A DNA stretch of 61,379 nucleotides, the filler included, from Candidatus Aminicenantales bacterium (GTDB taxonomy: Bacteria > Acidobacteriota > Aminicenantia > Aminicenantales > Saccharicenantaceae), in the NCBI GenBank assembly GCA_049512315.1. It is 4 parts of 4 records of this genome, joined end to end, with 100 filler letters (N's around TTAATTAATTAA, not from the genome) between each part and the next. Parts side by side here need not be neighbours in the genome. Positions count along the whole stretch, not along the records: positions 19,369 to 34,184 come from JBEKXF010000051.1; positions 34,285 to 48,098 come from JBEKXF010000052.1; 2 more parts are not named here. One strand, given 5' to 3'. Each line of letters begins with the position of its first letter. Position 1 is the first letter of the stretch. Of this stretch, positions 24,572 through 34,556 are shown piece after piece. A program made the position numbers and the translations under genes. The notes under the pieces are model-generated. The model did no database searches. It was not told where the DNA came from and saw only the letters and a list, made by a program, of their open reading frames with translations.

Positions 24572-26830
24572 CTATTCCGGCTTGGAGTACTGGTAATACT
24601 GCTTGGCGTAGTAGCCGTCCTGTTCGACCAAGTCGACGCCGTTCAAAATAACGCCGAGACATTTGAGCTTGTGCGCATCCATCTTCTGCTTGGCCTGCTT
24701 CAGCGCGGGGACCGGTGTCTGCCCCCCGCGGACGACGAGAATGACCCCGTCGATGATCGGTCCCAAAGCCAGGGCATCGGAAACCGCGAGAAGTGGCGGT
24801 GCGTCGAGCAGGATGTAATCATAGTTCCGTTTTAAAAACGCGAGCAGATAGTCCATTTTATCGGAAGTGAGGAGTTCGATGGGATTGGAGGGGAGAGGCC
24901 CGCTGCCGATAAGAAAGAGGTTCGGAACCTGGGTGGGCCTCACCAGGTCCGCCGCATCCATTTCGGAACTCACATAGTGCGTCAGTCCCCAGCCGCTGTT
25001 GAGGCCGAAGATCCTGCTCTGTTTGGGCTTTCGGAGGTCGGCATCGACAATAACGACACGCTTGTTGGCTTGGGACAGGGCGACTCCCAGGTTGGCGACC
25101 GTTGCCGATTTTCCTTCCCGAGCCAGGGGACTCGTGATGAGAATCGCCTTGATTTTCCCCGGGGGAGAAGAAACGAGGAGGGTTGTCCGGATGGACCGAT
25201 AGCTTTCCGCCTGGATCGAATGGGGTTCACGCGTGGGAATCAGCTCGATGCTGTCTTTTAATGGCGCCCGGCTAAGTTGGCCCGTTTTGTCTGCCAGGAT
25301 ACGGACGTCGCCTTTATGGGAACGCGCTTTGATCTTTTTCGTTTCGCCTTTCCCGGATAAAATGTTGGAGAGCTTAGCGTATTCGGATTTCGGTCCTTTG
25401 GGATTGATCTCCGCGTCGAACGAGGGAATGACCCCCAGGGTCGGAAGACCCGTAGAGACGGTCACCTCTTTCGAGGTTTTCACGGTGTTATTCATGTGTT
25501 CCAAAAGGAAGGCCAACCCGATGCCGCCGGCCAGGCCGGCCAAGAGCCCCATGAGAAGGTTCTTTTTCTTGTTGGGCGATGTCGGCGCCAGAGGAAGATT
25601 CGCCCTGTCGACGATCCATATGTTCGCGGCTTCATAGCTCTTGAGCCGGGAGGAGAGATCGGTTTCGCTCTGCCTTTTGGAGAGGGATTCGAGTAGGGCT
25701 TTTTTGTTGTCGACTTCGATCCTCAGACTGCTGTAAACGATGGAACTGCTGTTGGCCTTGAACGCCTCCGTCCTCAGCTGTTCGAGCAGTCCCCTGAGGG
25801 ATTGTTCTTTGTTGAGCGCGGCCTGATAATCGGCATACGCGGTATCGGTCATCTTCGCTGATTCCATCTGGAGTGTCTCTTTGACGGAGTCGATCTCCGA
25901 TTTCAAGCGCTGCATCTCCGGGTACTCAGGCCTCAGCGTGGCCAGCCTTCGGGCATATTCCTGGCTGAGCGTCGCGTATCGATCGCGAAGGCCTTGAACG
26001 GGGCTGGGACTGCCGTTTGAGCTTCCGGGAATGTCCGCAATCGCGCCCGATTTGAGCTGATTGTAAAAATCATACTTGTTGACCCTGTTGATCGTCGCGT
26101 CCGTCAGGGCTTTGTTGACTTCCGAAAGCCTGGTGATGGTGGGAGTCTCCGCGGCGGTCAAAGGAAGGATATTCTTTGCCGATCCATATTCGCTGAGCTT
26201 TTTCTCGCCCTCTTCGATCTCGGCTCGGACGGCCGTGATCTGTTCTTTCAGGAACTGGGTGGCCCTTGCCGAGGCCTCGTACCTTTGATTGATGATCATG
26301 GCGATGTATTCGTCGAAGAGCGTGTTCAAAGTCTCGGAAGCAAACCTAGGGTCACGATTGGTGAATGTCACCTCCAGCAGTCTCGTCCGCTCGATGGGCC
26401 GGACGGAAATGCTGTCCTGAAATTTTAGGATCAGCTTCTCCATGAAGACCCGGTCCGAGGGGCCGGGGAGCTTTTCCCCTTTCTGGGGTTTCCCGGCGAA
26501 GAGAGGGTTTTCGTAAAGCTTGAGCTTTTCGATGACTTTGGCGGCTAAGGCCCGGCTTTGGAGCAATTGAGAGTAGCTCTGGGGGGAGGAACTCGTGGAA
26601 TCGAACCTTTGGACATCTTCGAAGGGCAGGATATTCATCTGTTCTTCGACCCATATGCTCCCGCTGGCCGTATAGCTCCGCGGGATCAGAAAGGTAAAAA
26701 GGGCGACCCCTCCGACAACCGCGAGGAAGAACAATAGAGTGGTCCACTTCCATTTGCGCACAATGTGCAAATAATGCTGAATCGAAATAGCCGGCTTGTT
26801 GTCGATATTCGTGCTTGGATCCATCACCAT
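24572..26830 (-). CDS. Polysaccharide co-polymerase / tyrosine autokinase (Wzc/GumC-like)
   Basis: Two TMs, coiled coil, ESYRSIRT, Walker A REGKS, DADLRKP, C-terminal Tyr cluster GYYAKQYYQY. Confidence 0.93.
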   Translation of the reverse strand: MVMDPSTNIDNKPAISIQHYLHIVRKWKWTTLLFFLAVVGGVALFTFLIPRSYTASGSIWVEEQMNILPFEDVQRFDSTSSSPQSYSQLLQSRALAAKVIEKLKLYENPLFAGKPQKGEKLPGPSDRVFMEKLILKFQDSISVRPIERTRLLEVTFTNRDPRFASETLNTLFDEYIAMIINQRYEASARATQFLKEQITAVRAEIEEGEKKLSEYGSAKNILPLTAAETPTITRLSEVNKALTDATINRVNKYDFYNQLKSGAIADIPGSSNGSPSPVQGLRDRYATLSQEYARRLATLRPEYPEMQRLKSEIDSVKETLQMESAKMTDTAYADYQAALNKEQSLRGLLEQLRTEAFKANSSSIVYSSLRIEVDNKKALLESLSKRQSETDLSSRLKSYEAANIWIVDRANLPLAPTSPNKKKNLLMGLLAGLAGGIGLAFLLEHMNNTVKTSKEVTVSTGLPTLGVIPSFDAEINPKGPKSEYAKLSNILSGKGETKKIKARSHKGDVRILADKTGQLSRAPLKDSIELIPTREPHSIQAESYRSIRTTLLVSSPPGKIKAILITSPLAREGKSATVANLGVALSQANKRVVIVDADLRKPKQSRIFGLNSGWGLTHYVSSEMDAADLVRPTQVPNLFLIGSGPLPSNPIELLTSDKMDYLLAFLKRNYDYILLDAPPLLAVSDALALGPIIDGVILVVRGGQTPVPALKQAKQKMDAHKLKCLGVILNGVDLVEQDGYYAKQYYQYSKPE

Positions 26831-26857
26831 CGCCTCTTTTGAAATATGAACCTGCCC

Positions 26858-27739
26858 TTAGGGGATGATTATGACGTCACCTTCTTCAAGGAGGATGTTG
26901 GAAGTCTTCCCGGAGATAACGTCCTTGAGGTTGACATAGATCTTCATCTCTTTGCCGGGTCCGCCGGCTTTCCGGGTGATCGCCACGCGTGATTTCGACG
27001 CCCACTCGGTCGGGCCCCCCGCCTGGGCGATGGCCTGCAGGAGAGTGATTTTCTGCGATTGTTTGAATTGGATCGCCCCCGGGCTCTTGACCTCTCCATA
27101 GACATAGACCGTGAGGATTCGATCCACGGGGATGTTGACCACGTCGTTCGGCTGGAGATCGATATTCAGGGCCTGCTCCCCCTTGAGGATCAGATCGTCC
27201 AGATTGATAATAACTTTTGTTTTCTGCCCGTCCGGGCCCTGCCGGAAGACATAGATCTCTTTCATGGCTTCAGCCGTCAATCCTCCGGCCTGTGAAATGA
27301 CCTGAAGGATGGTCGTGGGTCCGACCAATTCGTAGTTTCCCGGCTTTCCGACGGCCCCTAAGATGGCGACTTTCTGATATTCCTTGATGAAGACCGTGAC
27401 GTGGGCGCCCTTCGTGTATTTTTGATCCAGGATCGAGGCCAGGTTCTTTTCCAGTTCCTGTGAGGTCAAACCCGCGACTCCCACTTTCCCGATCAGCGCG
27501 AGACTTACGGAGCCGTCTTCGGCGACCCGGACGGTCTGATTGAGCTCGGGAAGTTCGAAGACCCTGATCTCGAGCAGGTCCTTGGTCCCGATCTTGTAAT
27601 CATTGACGGGAAGAGTCTGTCCTTCCTGCTGGGCGAGGATGTCCATGGGGAGAAATCCGAAAAGAAGGAGAGTCAGGCCTGCCAGAGAGACAAGACTCGG
27701 GAAACTATTCTTGCGTGGATTCTTTTGACTCTTCTTCAT
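26858..27739 (-). CDS. Polysaccharide export protein (Wza/SLBB domains)
   Basis: YKIGTKDLLEIRVF, GAVGKPG, LLQAIAQAGG. Confidence 0.9.
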   Translation of the reverse strand: MKKSQKNPRKNSFPSLVSLAGLTLLLFGFLPMDILAQQEGQTLPVNDYKIGTKDLLEIRVFELPELNQTVRVAEDGSVSLALIGKVGVAGLTSQELEKNLASILDQKYTKGAHVTVFIKEYQKVAILGAVGKPGNYELVGPTTILQVISQAGGLTAEAMKEIYVFRQGPDGQKTKVIINLDDLILKGEQALNIDLQPNDVVNIPVDRILTVYVYGEVKSPGAIQFKQSQKITLLQAIAQAGGPTEWASKSRVAITRKAGGPGKEMKIYVNLKDVISGKTSNILLEEGDVIIIP

Positions 27740-27833
27740 CGGATTCCCTTTTTTGCCCGTATCGACAGCCTTTATTCATAACATATAATCATAACTCTGG
27801 CAATATTCTGAATCCAGGCCTTTCCTGCGATCT

Positions 27834-29156
27834 TTATCGAGAAACCGGCCCCGACGGCATGGCCAGCCCGCCCGGGGAGTACCCATACGTCAGGCTGAAC
27901 CCGATAAAGTAGCGCCGGCTGTCCGTCCGGGGGGCGAACCGGGAATTCCTGCTGCCGAGGTTTGCCATCAGGCTGAGACCGAGATCCCTCTGCAACTGGA
28001 AATTCAGGTTGAGCGCATGCGTCATGTAACGGTCAGCCGGCACTCCTGACGAGGAGCCGCCGGCGATTTCTCCGGCGGGGTACTTATTCCGGCTATACGA
28101 GAAGTCATATGATAACATGATCTTTCTTGAGAGAGACCGGGCGAGACCGGCGCCATAGAGCGTCTGAAGATAATACGTCACGCCGGAATAGACGGAGAAT
28201 TGGGGTCCGATGGAAAAGAAAAGATGGAGCGAAGTCAATTTTATGATTTCCCAGGAGACGTCGGTGTTTCCGGACAGGCCGGAATAATCGTTCTGCAGGG
28301 GGTCGAGGACGTGGAAGAGCTGATACCCTATGTTGATGCGCCCGCGGATTCCGGCCGTCTGACTCGCGTATTCAGCCGCGGGCGGCACGAATTCGACCCC
28401 CCCATAAACGCTATAAGACCGGGAGTCTTTATAGCTCGAAATTTTTTCCATAAATGCATAAGACCCGTATTGGGCATCCAGGTAAAACCTTGTCTTCGCC
28501 TGGTGCTGGAGGAAGGCCATGACGTCTATGTAGTTTTCCGTTCGGTTGAGATTCTCACTGATGTTGGCCGTTCCGGAAGTCGTGTTTTCGTACCTAAAGA
28601 CTGATCTCTGATATTGAAGCGCGAGAGAGGTCCCCTCCGAAACCTGCCATAAGGCCAGCCCGTTTATGGAGTCTTCTTTAAGCCGGACATTGATATTGAG
28701 CTCCGTGCTTAACCTTTGCTTGGCGTTGGTCAATGCGGCCCCGGCCTGGATATAGAATCTATCGAAGATAAAGTGCGCCTGGCCCGTGAACGAGTTGTTG
28801 AGGGTCCGCTCCCGGCGAGTGTCTAGAAAAAACACATACCGGGGCGATTCAGAAATGGCGAAAACGATTTTCTTCTCCAGGGGAAGCAATATTTGGATAT
28901 CAGGTCCTGCGGTGAACGTATAATCGGGGATGGGGTTAGCCAGCGTGCCGAAGTAGATATCCGAATCATAACCGGCGTTGCCCAGCTGAAAGGCTCCGGT
29001 ATACCTGAATGGGCCCGCTTTCCAACGCGCCGCGCTGACCATCGCTTCCAGGCCCGCCCCCATCCACGTGCTTCCCCAGGCGAAAACCCGGCCCTGGATG
29101 GAGGCCAACAGGACAACGAGGGACAAACAGGTGAATTTTGTTCTGCTCATTGGCAT
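27834..29156 (-). CDS. EPS-associated outer-membrane beta-barrel protein
   Basis: Signal peptide, alternating aromatic/hydrophobic strands, position between the sugar transferase and the wza-like gene. Confidence 0.7.
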   Translation of the reverse strand: MPMSRTKFTCLSLVVLLASIQGRVFAWGSTWMGAGLEAMVSAARWKAGPFRYTGAFQLGNAGYDSDIYFGTLANPIPDYTFTAGPDIQILLPLEKKIVFAISESPRYVFFLDTRRERTLNNSFTGQAHFIFDRFYIQAGAALTNAKQRLSTELNINVRLKEDSINGLALWQVSEGTSLALQYQRSVFRYENTTSGTANISENLNRTENYIDVMAFLQHQAKTRFYLDAQYGSYAFMEKISSYKDSRSYSVYGGVEFVPPAAEYASQTAGIRGRINIGYQLFHVLDPLQNDYSGLSGNTDVSWEIIKLTSLHLFFSIGPQFSVYSGVTYYLQTLYGAGLARSLSRKIMLSYDFSYSRNKYPAGEIAGGSSSGVPADRYMTHALNLNFQLQRDLGLSLMANLGSRNSRFAPRTDSRRYFIGFSLTYGYSPGGLAMPSGPVSR

Positions 29157-29203
29157 TCGATGAAACAAATTGTAAACCTTATTGCTTCGCGGGGCCAGGA
29201 GTC

Positions 29204-30658
29204 TCAGTAGGCCCCGATGCCGAAAAGAACGACCGGGACGGTCTTGATCATGATTTTCATATCGAGCCATAACGACCAATTATCCAGGTATTCGAGGTCG
29301 AGCTTCATCCAGTCTTCAAAACCGATGTTGTTCCGCCCGTTGACCTGCCACAGACACGTGATTCCCGGCTTCATCGAGAACCTTCGCCGTTGCCAGGCCT
29401 TATATTGTTCGACCTCGTCGGGAACGGTCGGCCGGGGCCCGATGAGGCTCATGTGACCGATGAGCACGTTGAAAAACTGGGGCAGTTCGTCAAGGCTGAA
29501 CTTCCTCATGACCCGCCCGAGGGGCGTTATCCACTTCGTCTTTTTTTCCCGGAATTCAGGGGTGTCCATCTCGGCCACGTCATTGACCTTGGGAAGGGCA
29601 TCCTGAGCACCCTGGCGCATGGTCCTGAACTTGTAAAGGGTGAACTTCCGGCCATGATAGCCGAGGCGCTGCTGCTTGAAAAAGACCGGGCCCGGCGAGC
29701 TCAGCTTGATGAGAAGAGCGAGAAGAGCCAGAAAAGGCCCCATAAGAGCCATGATCAAGCCGGAAATGACGATGTCGATAAACCGTTTAACCAGGAGCTC
29801 CCATTCGTTGATTTTTATCGTATGAAAGCTGAGGAGAGGGATGCCATCGATTTCCGAGACGGCGGACTTGGCGATCTGCATGTCGAAGAGGTCCACGGTG
29901 ATGGTCGTTACCACTCCCTCGGTCTCGCAGTCATGAAGCGCCCCTTCGACGTGGCTCAGCCGGGACCTGGGGATAACGAAAACGATCTCGTCGACCGCGT
30001 CGCTATGGAGGATCTTGGGGATGTCATCGAGGACGCCTATGATATCGACGCCATCCACTTTTTTGATTCCCCTCCCGGGTTCGTCGTCGATGGCGCCCAG
30101 GATATGGAAGCCCCATTCCGGGTGGGCCTTGATTCTGCGGATGAACGCGGCGGCCCTGGGTCCCGTCCCAACAATGAGCAGGCGCCGGAAGCTTCGCCCT
30201 CTCCTGCGGACGTAATGCATAGCCATGTAAGCTATCGTTTTTTCAACCATGATCAGCACCAAGCTGGTCACCGCGAACAGCACGAAAAAGAAGCGGCTCA
30301 CGAACGTCGTCTTTATTAAGAACAGGAAGGCGCCGAAACCGAGAGAGGTCATGAACACGGACTTGCAGACAATCGAGACGATGCTGAGGTAGGAGAGTGT
30401 CCGGATGGAACGGTACATGCCATTGAAATACAGCATCCAGCACCCAAGGGGCGCCGCAACGGCCAAGAATCCGATATATCGGCTGAAGGTGAGACTGTAG
30501 TCGGCTGTCGCGTGGGAAAGGACCGGCCACCCCGAACTCGCGAGCTCCAGCCCGACTTTCTTCCTTAGGATAAAAGCGACGAGGTAGGCCAGGGAGACGA
30601 CGAGGATGTCGATGAAGACGAGAAAAGCCCTGGTGATGGCCTCTCTTTCTTTCAGCAT
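29204..30658 (-). CDS. Polyprenyl-phosphate sugar phosphotransferase (WcaJ-like)
   Basis: KRFIDI, KFRTM, SLDELPQFFNVL.G.MSLIGPRP, KPGITCLWQV. Confidence 0.94.
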   Translation of the reverse strand: MLKEREAITRAFLVFIDILVVSLAYLVAFILRKKVGLELASSGWPVLSHATADYSLTFSRYIGFLAVAAPLGCWMLYFNGMYRSIRTLSYLSIVSIVCKSVFMTSLGFGAFLFLIKTTFVSRFFFVLFAVTSLVLIMVEKTIAYMAMHYVRRRGRSFRRLLIVGTGPRAAAFIRRIKAHPEWGFHILGAIDDEPGRGIKKVDGVDIIGVLDDIPKILHSDAVDEIVFVIPRSRLSHVEGALHDCETEGVVTTITVDLFDMQIAKSAVSEIDGIPLLSFHTIKINEWELLVKRFIDIVISGLIMALMGPFLALLALLIKLSSPGPVFFKQQRLGYHGRKFTLYKFRTMRQGAQDALPKVNDVAEMDTPEFREKKTKWITPLGRVMRKFSLDELPQFFNVLIGHMSLIGPRPTVPDEVEQYKAWQRRRFSMKPGITCLWQVNGRNNIGFEDWMKLDLEYLDNWSLWLDMKIMIKTVPVVLFGIGAY

Positions 30659-30705
30659 GTCATTCCCCGCTTCGCTCAGTTCGGCTTAACCCGATTATTA
30701 TAGCC

Positions 30706-31191
30706 TTATGGCCTTTTCCGTTCAATATTCCTCAGGACCTTTGCCGGATTTCCCGCCACGATCGTCCAGGGAGCGACGTCCTTTGTGACAACGGCTCCGG
30801 CCCCGACGATCGCCCCCTCGCCGACGGTCACCCCCGCCAGGATGGTCGCGCTCGATCCGACAGAAGCCCCTTTTCGAATGAAGGTCGGGACGACCTTCCA
30901 GTCGGCTTCTGTCTGAAGGCCCCCGCCGGCGGCCGTCGACCGGGGGTACATGTCGTTGATAAACGTTACGTTATGGCCGATAAAGACATCGTCCTCGACC
31001 GTCACGCCTTCGCAAATGAAGGTGTGCGAGGAAATCTTACAGTTTTGGCCGATGAACGCGCCTTTCTGGATCTCGACAAAGGTCCCGACCTTGGTATGAT
31101 CGCCGATGGCGCAGCCGTAGAGGTTGACGAACGCGAATATCTTGACATTCTTGCCCAGCTTGACGTCGGGAGCGATACGGCAATATTCCAC
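30706..31191 (-). CDS. Hexapeptide-repeat N-acetyltransferase (WbpD/WxcM-like)
   Basis: Left-handed beta-helix repeats, FINDMYPR, VAGNPAK. Confidence 0.9.
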   Translation of the reverse strand: MEYCRIAPDVKLGKNVKIFAFVNLYGCAIGDHTKVGTFVEIQKGAFIGQNCKISSHTFICEGVTVEDDVFIGHNVTFINDMYPRSTAAGGGLQTEADWKVVPTFIRKGASVGSSATILAGVTVGEGAIVGAGAVVTKDVAPWTIVAGNPAKVLRNIERKRP

Positions 31192-31202
31192 GGGGGTCTC
31201 CT

Positions 31203-32222
31203 TTACAGCTCGATTCTCCGGCCGCCTTTTTTGAGGGATTCGTCGGCGGCTTCCAGGAGGCGAACGACCTGGAGCCCGGCCTGGCCGTTGTTAAAGGGTT
31301 CCTCGTTTTTCTCGAGGCATTGGACGAAATATTGGACCTCGGTCTTCAGGGCTTCGGCCCCATCCAGCTTCGGGATATGCACGTCCCCGGACCTGTAGCT
31401 CACCAGCAGATCGTGGATCCCGTTCTTGCCCCCGTTGGCGCTCTTGATGTCGACGCCGCGGTCGTAGATCTTGACCTTCTCGTCGGCGTCGATGTCGTCC
31501 CAGACGAGCATCTTCTTGTCGCCGCTGATCAGGGTTTTCCGGATCTTGACGGGACTGAGCCAGTTGACATGGAAATGGGCGATGAAGCCATTGCCAGCGA
31601 ACTCGATCGATACGTAGGCGATGTCCTCAAACCCGCCCTCAAAATGGACAGAGCCATGGGCCGAAAGGGCGACCGGTTTGTTTTTGATGAGATGGGCCAT
31701 GACGGACAGGTCATGCGGGGCCAGGTCCCAGATGACGTTGATATCGTGCTGGAAAAGGCCCAGGTTGACCCGGACGGAATCGTAAAAAAGAAGCCGGCCC
31801 AGCTCACCGGCGTTGATGATCTCTTTGATCTTCTTCACGGCGCCGGTGAAGAGGAACGTGTGGTCGACCATGATTTTGAGGCCCTTTTTGGCCGCCAGGT
31901 CGATGAGCTCTTTGGCCTGGGAGCTGGTGGAGGTAAACGGCTTTTCTACGAAGATATGCTTCCCCGCGAGGAGCGCTTCCCTGGCCATCTCGTAATGGGC
32001 GAAGACCGGCGTGACGATGGCCACGGCGTCGACGTCCGTGGACCGGATGAGGTCCAGCGGATCCTTCATCCCCTTGATGAAGGGATAGTGATTTTGAGCC
32101 AAGCCGAGGCGTTTCTCCGATATATCGCTGACCGCGGTCAGCTTGACTCCGGAGGCCGAGTGAAAATTCCGGGCCACGTTGGGCCCCCAGTACCCGTACC
32201 CGATGACACCGATATTAACCAT
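31203..32222 (-). CDS. Gfo/Idh/MocA oxidoreductase (WbpB-like)
   Basis: IGYGYWG, VEKP, WDLAPHD. Confidence 0.9.
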   Translation of the reverse strand: MVNIGVIGYGYWGPNVARNFHSASGVKLTAVSDISEKRLGLAQNHYPFIKGMKDPLDLIRSTDVDAVAIVTPVFAHYEMAREALLAGKHIFVEKPFTSTSSQAKELIDLAAKKGLKIMVDHTFLFTGAVKKIKEIINAGELGRLLFYDSVRVNLGLFQHDINVIWDLAPHDLSVMAHLIKNKPVALSAHGSVHFEGGFEDIAYVSIEFAGNGFIAHFHVNWLSPVKIRKTLISGDKKMLVWDDIDADEKVKIYDRGVDIKSANGGKNGIHDLLVSYRSGDVHIPKLDGAEALKTEVQYFVQCLEKNEEPFNNGQAGLQVVRLLEAADESLKKGGRRIEL

Positions 32223-32327
32223 TTTTCCCGCTCCCTAATTTTTTACACATGCCCCTACGAAAGCCTCTTGGCGAAAGACCATTCGTAGGTCATATTTTAG
32301 CACACCTTTGTCATTGGCGCAAGAGCC

Positions 32328-33431
32328 CTATTTCCCGTAAAACTCCTTGATCGAATCCGCGACGTAAGCGATCTGTTCGTCCGTCAGCTCCGGATACATC
32401 GGAAGAGACAGGATCTCGTCCTGGTATTCGTAGGCGACCGGGAAGTCTGAAGGGCGGTGCTTCAAATAGCGATAGGCCGGCATGAAGGGAAGGGCCGTCG
32501 GATAATGAATGCCGGTGGAGACCCCCTTGGACTTGAGGAAGGCGGCCAGGTCGTCCCTCCGGGAAGCCCGGATGACGTAAAGGTGGAAGATGTGAAAGCT
32601 GTTGGCCCGGAATTTCGGGCACTTGACTTCGTCCAGGCCGCTGAGGAGGGCGTTGTAGGTCAAGGCGTGGCTGTTTCTCGCCCGGTTCCACTCGTCGATG
32701 TGCTTGAGCTTGGCATGAAGCACCGCGGCCTGGAGGGCGTCCATGCGGCTGTTGATGCCCTCGATCTCATGGATATGCTTCTGGAGAGAGCCATGATTGG
32801 CGAAAAGCCGGGCATTCCTGGCGAATTCGTCGTCGTTCGTAACGATCGCCCCGGCGTCCCCGTAGGCCCCGAGGTTTTTCCCCGGATAGAAGCTGAAGGT
32901 TCCGGCCTTGCCGAAGGTCCCGGTTTTCTGACCGTGGAATGTGGCGAAATGGGACTGGGCGCAGTCTTCGATGAGGGTGAGCTTGTGCTTCTCGCAGATC
33001 TGCTTCACGGCTTTGATGTCCGCCGGCTGGCCGAAGAGATGGACGGCGATAACGGCCTTGGTTTTTTTCGTGATCTTCTCCTCGATCTTCGAGGGGTCGA
33101 TGTGGAAATACTCGTCGATGTCCACGAAAACGGGCCTGGCGCCCGCCTGGGTGATCGTTTCGGAGGTCGAGATCCAGCTGTTGGCGACGGTGATGACCTC
33201 GTCTCCGGGCCCGATGCCCAGGGCTTTGAGCGTCACGTAGATGGCGTCGGTTCCGTTGGCGCAGCTGACGCAGTGCTTCAGGCCGTATTTTTCGGCATAC
33301 GCTTTCTCGAAGGCCTCGACGTGCTTGCCGCCGATAAAGGCCGTCTCGCTGATGACGGACTGGATGGCGGGGTCGATCTCGGACTTGAGGGCGAGGTATT
33401 GGGCTTTGAGGTCGACGAAGGGGACGTTCAT
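32328..33431 (-). CDS. DegT/DnrJ/EryC1/StrS aminotransferase (WbpE-like)
   Basis: VPFVDL, EDCAQSH, SFYPGKNLGAYGDAG. Confidence 0.94.
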   Translation of the reverse strand: MNVPFVDLKAQYLALKSEIDPAIQSVISETAFIGGKHVEAFEKAYAEKYGLKHCVSCANGTDAIYVTLKALGIGPGDEVITVANSWISTSETITQAGARPVFVDIDEYFHIDPSKIEEKITKKTKAVIAVHLFGQPADIKAVKQICEKHKLTLIEDCAQSHFATFHGQKTGTFGKAGTFSFYPGKNLGAYGDAGAIVTNDDEFARNARLFANHGSLQKHIHEIEGINSRMDALQAAVLHAKLKHIDEWNRARNSHALTYNALLSGLDEVKCPKFRANSFHIFHLYVIRASRRDDLAAFLKSKGVSTGIHYPTALPFMPAYRYLKHRPSDFPVAYEYQDEILSLPMYPELTDEQIAYVADSIKEFYGK

Positions 33432-34184
33432 GATGATGTATGACTCCTTTTTATTTCGCTGCAGTCTTATTATAGGACACACATATATCGCTCGTCATCT
33501 TGGCACCAGAGTAAAGGCCGCCCCTCCCCTCTGCAATCACCCGTGAGGGCCATTTCAGGGGTGATATTTTTGGACCCTATCTCACCCCTAAGGGTGAGAG
33601 GGCGACCCTATTCTTAGAGGCTCTCGAGATCGGCTCTTATTATTTGTTTTTCGATCGCCACGCCCGTTCTCTGCACGGACTAGATTATACTTTCTTGCTG
33701 ACCCCCTCGGCAATGACCGGGGCCTTCTGCCTTTTTTCAAATCTGTTGACGTTTTCGCGGATATATTCTCCCTGATTATCTTTAACATGGCTTTTGCTAA
33801 ATCCAGGTTTTTTGAGGGGACAAAGTGTGAATCAGGAAGGTAGTTGCGCGGGTCATTGGGGGGCATATTTCGTGCGAGCTCAGAAAAAGGATTTTTTGAG
33901 CGGAAAGAGTGGGCTCTAATATCCTATAAAGATAATCGCCCATGAAAACATTATTCACTATCTAGATGATAGGAAGTGAATTATTGTGCCGCGCATCATC
34001 TGCAAAAAGTTCTATAATTGACAGAAGTGTCTTCACTTCCTCAGAATTGGCATTAAACCCATGGAGCCTCACCCGAAAACTGGTCCAGCCAAAAATGGAG
34101 TTTTTTGGCTTCTTAAGCTGCTCTTGTATTTATCAACGAACTGCCGTGGCGTCAAGTCTCCAAGCGAACTGTGCGGCCGGAACT

Positions 34185-34284
34185 NNNNNNNNNNNNNNNN
34201 NNNNNNNNNNNNNNNNNNNNNNNNNNNNTTAATTAATTAANNNNNNNNNNNNNNNNNNNNNNNNNNNNNNNNNNNNNNNNNNNN
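34185..34284. other. Artificial contig linker
   Basis: Same N/TTAATTAATTAA/N spacer. Confidence 0.98.
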
Positions 34285-34556
34285 CATCCTTGGAAGGTTT
34301 ACAGAGACCGGTTCGCAAGCGAACTACCCGAGAGACCCTAGGTGATGACAAAAGCGGAAAGATTCACGTTGCCCAGGACCGGAAGTATTCACGTTGCCTT
34401 GACAGCCCGGGATTGACGCTCCTCGCCGTCGGTGTTATCCTTTGGCCAAGGGACCGAAGAAGGGAACATGGCGTTGAAGCCCCCGCATTCATTCCCGAGG
34501 AATGGACGGCCCGAAGTCCGACCCATGACCGAGGCATCCGAGCCAAAGGAGGAGTC

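Noticed and set aside
33480..34184. Short ORFs and a CTCACCC/GGGTGAG hairpin upstream of the EPS locus
   Set aside because: No recognisable protein or RNA motif. Probably an AT-rich promoter region cut by the contig end.
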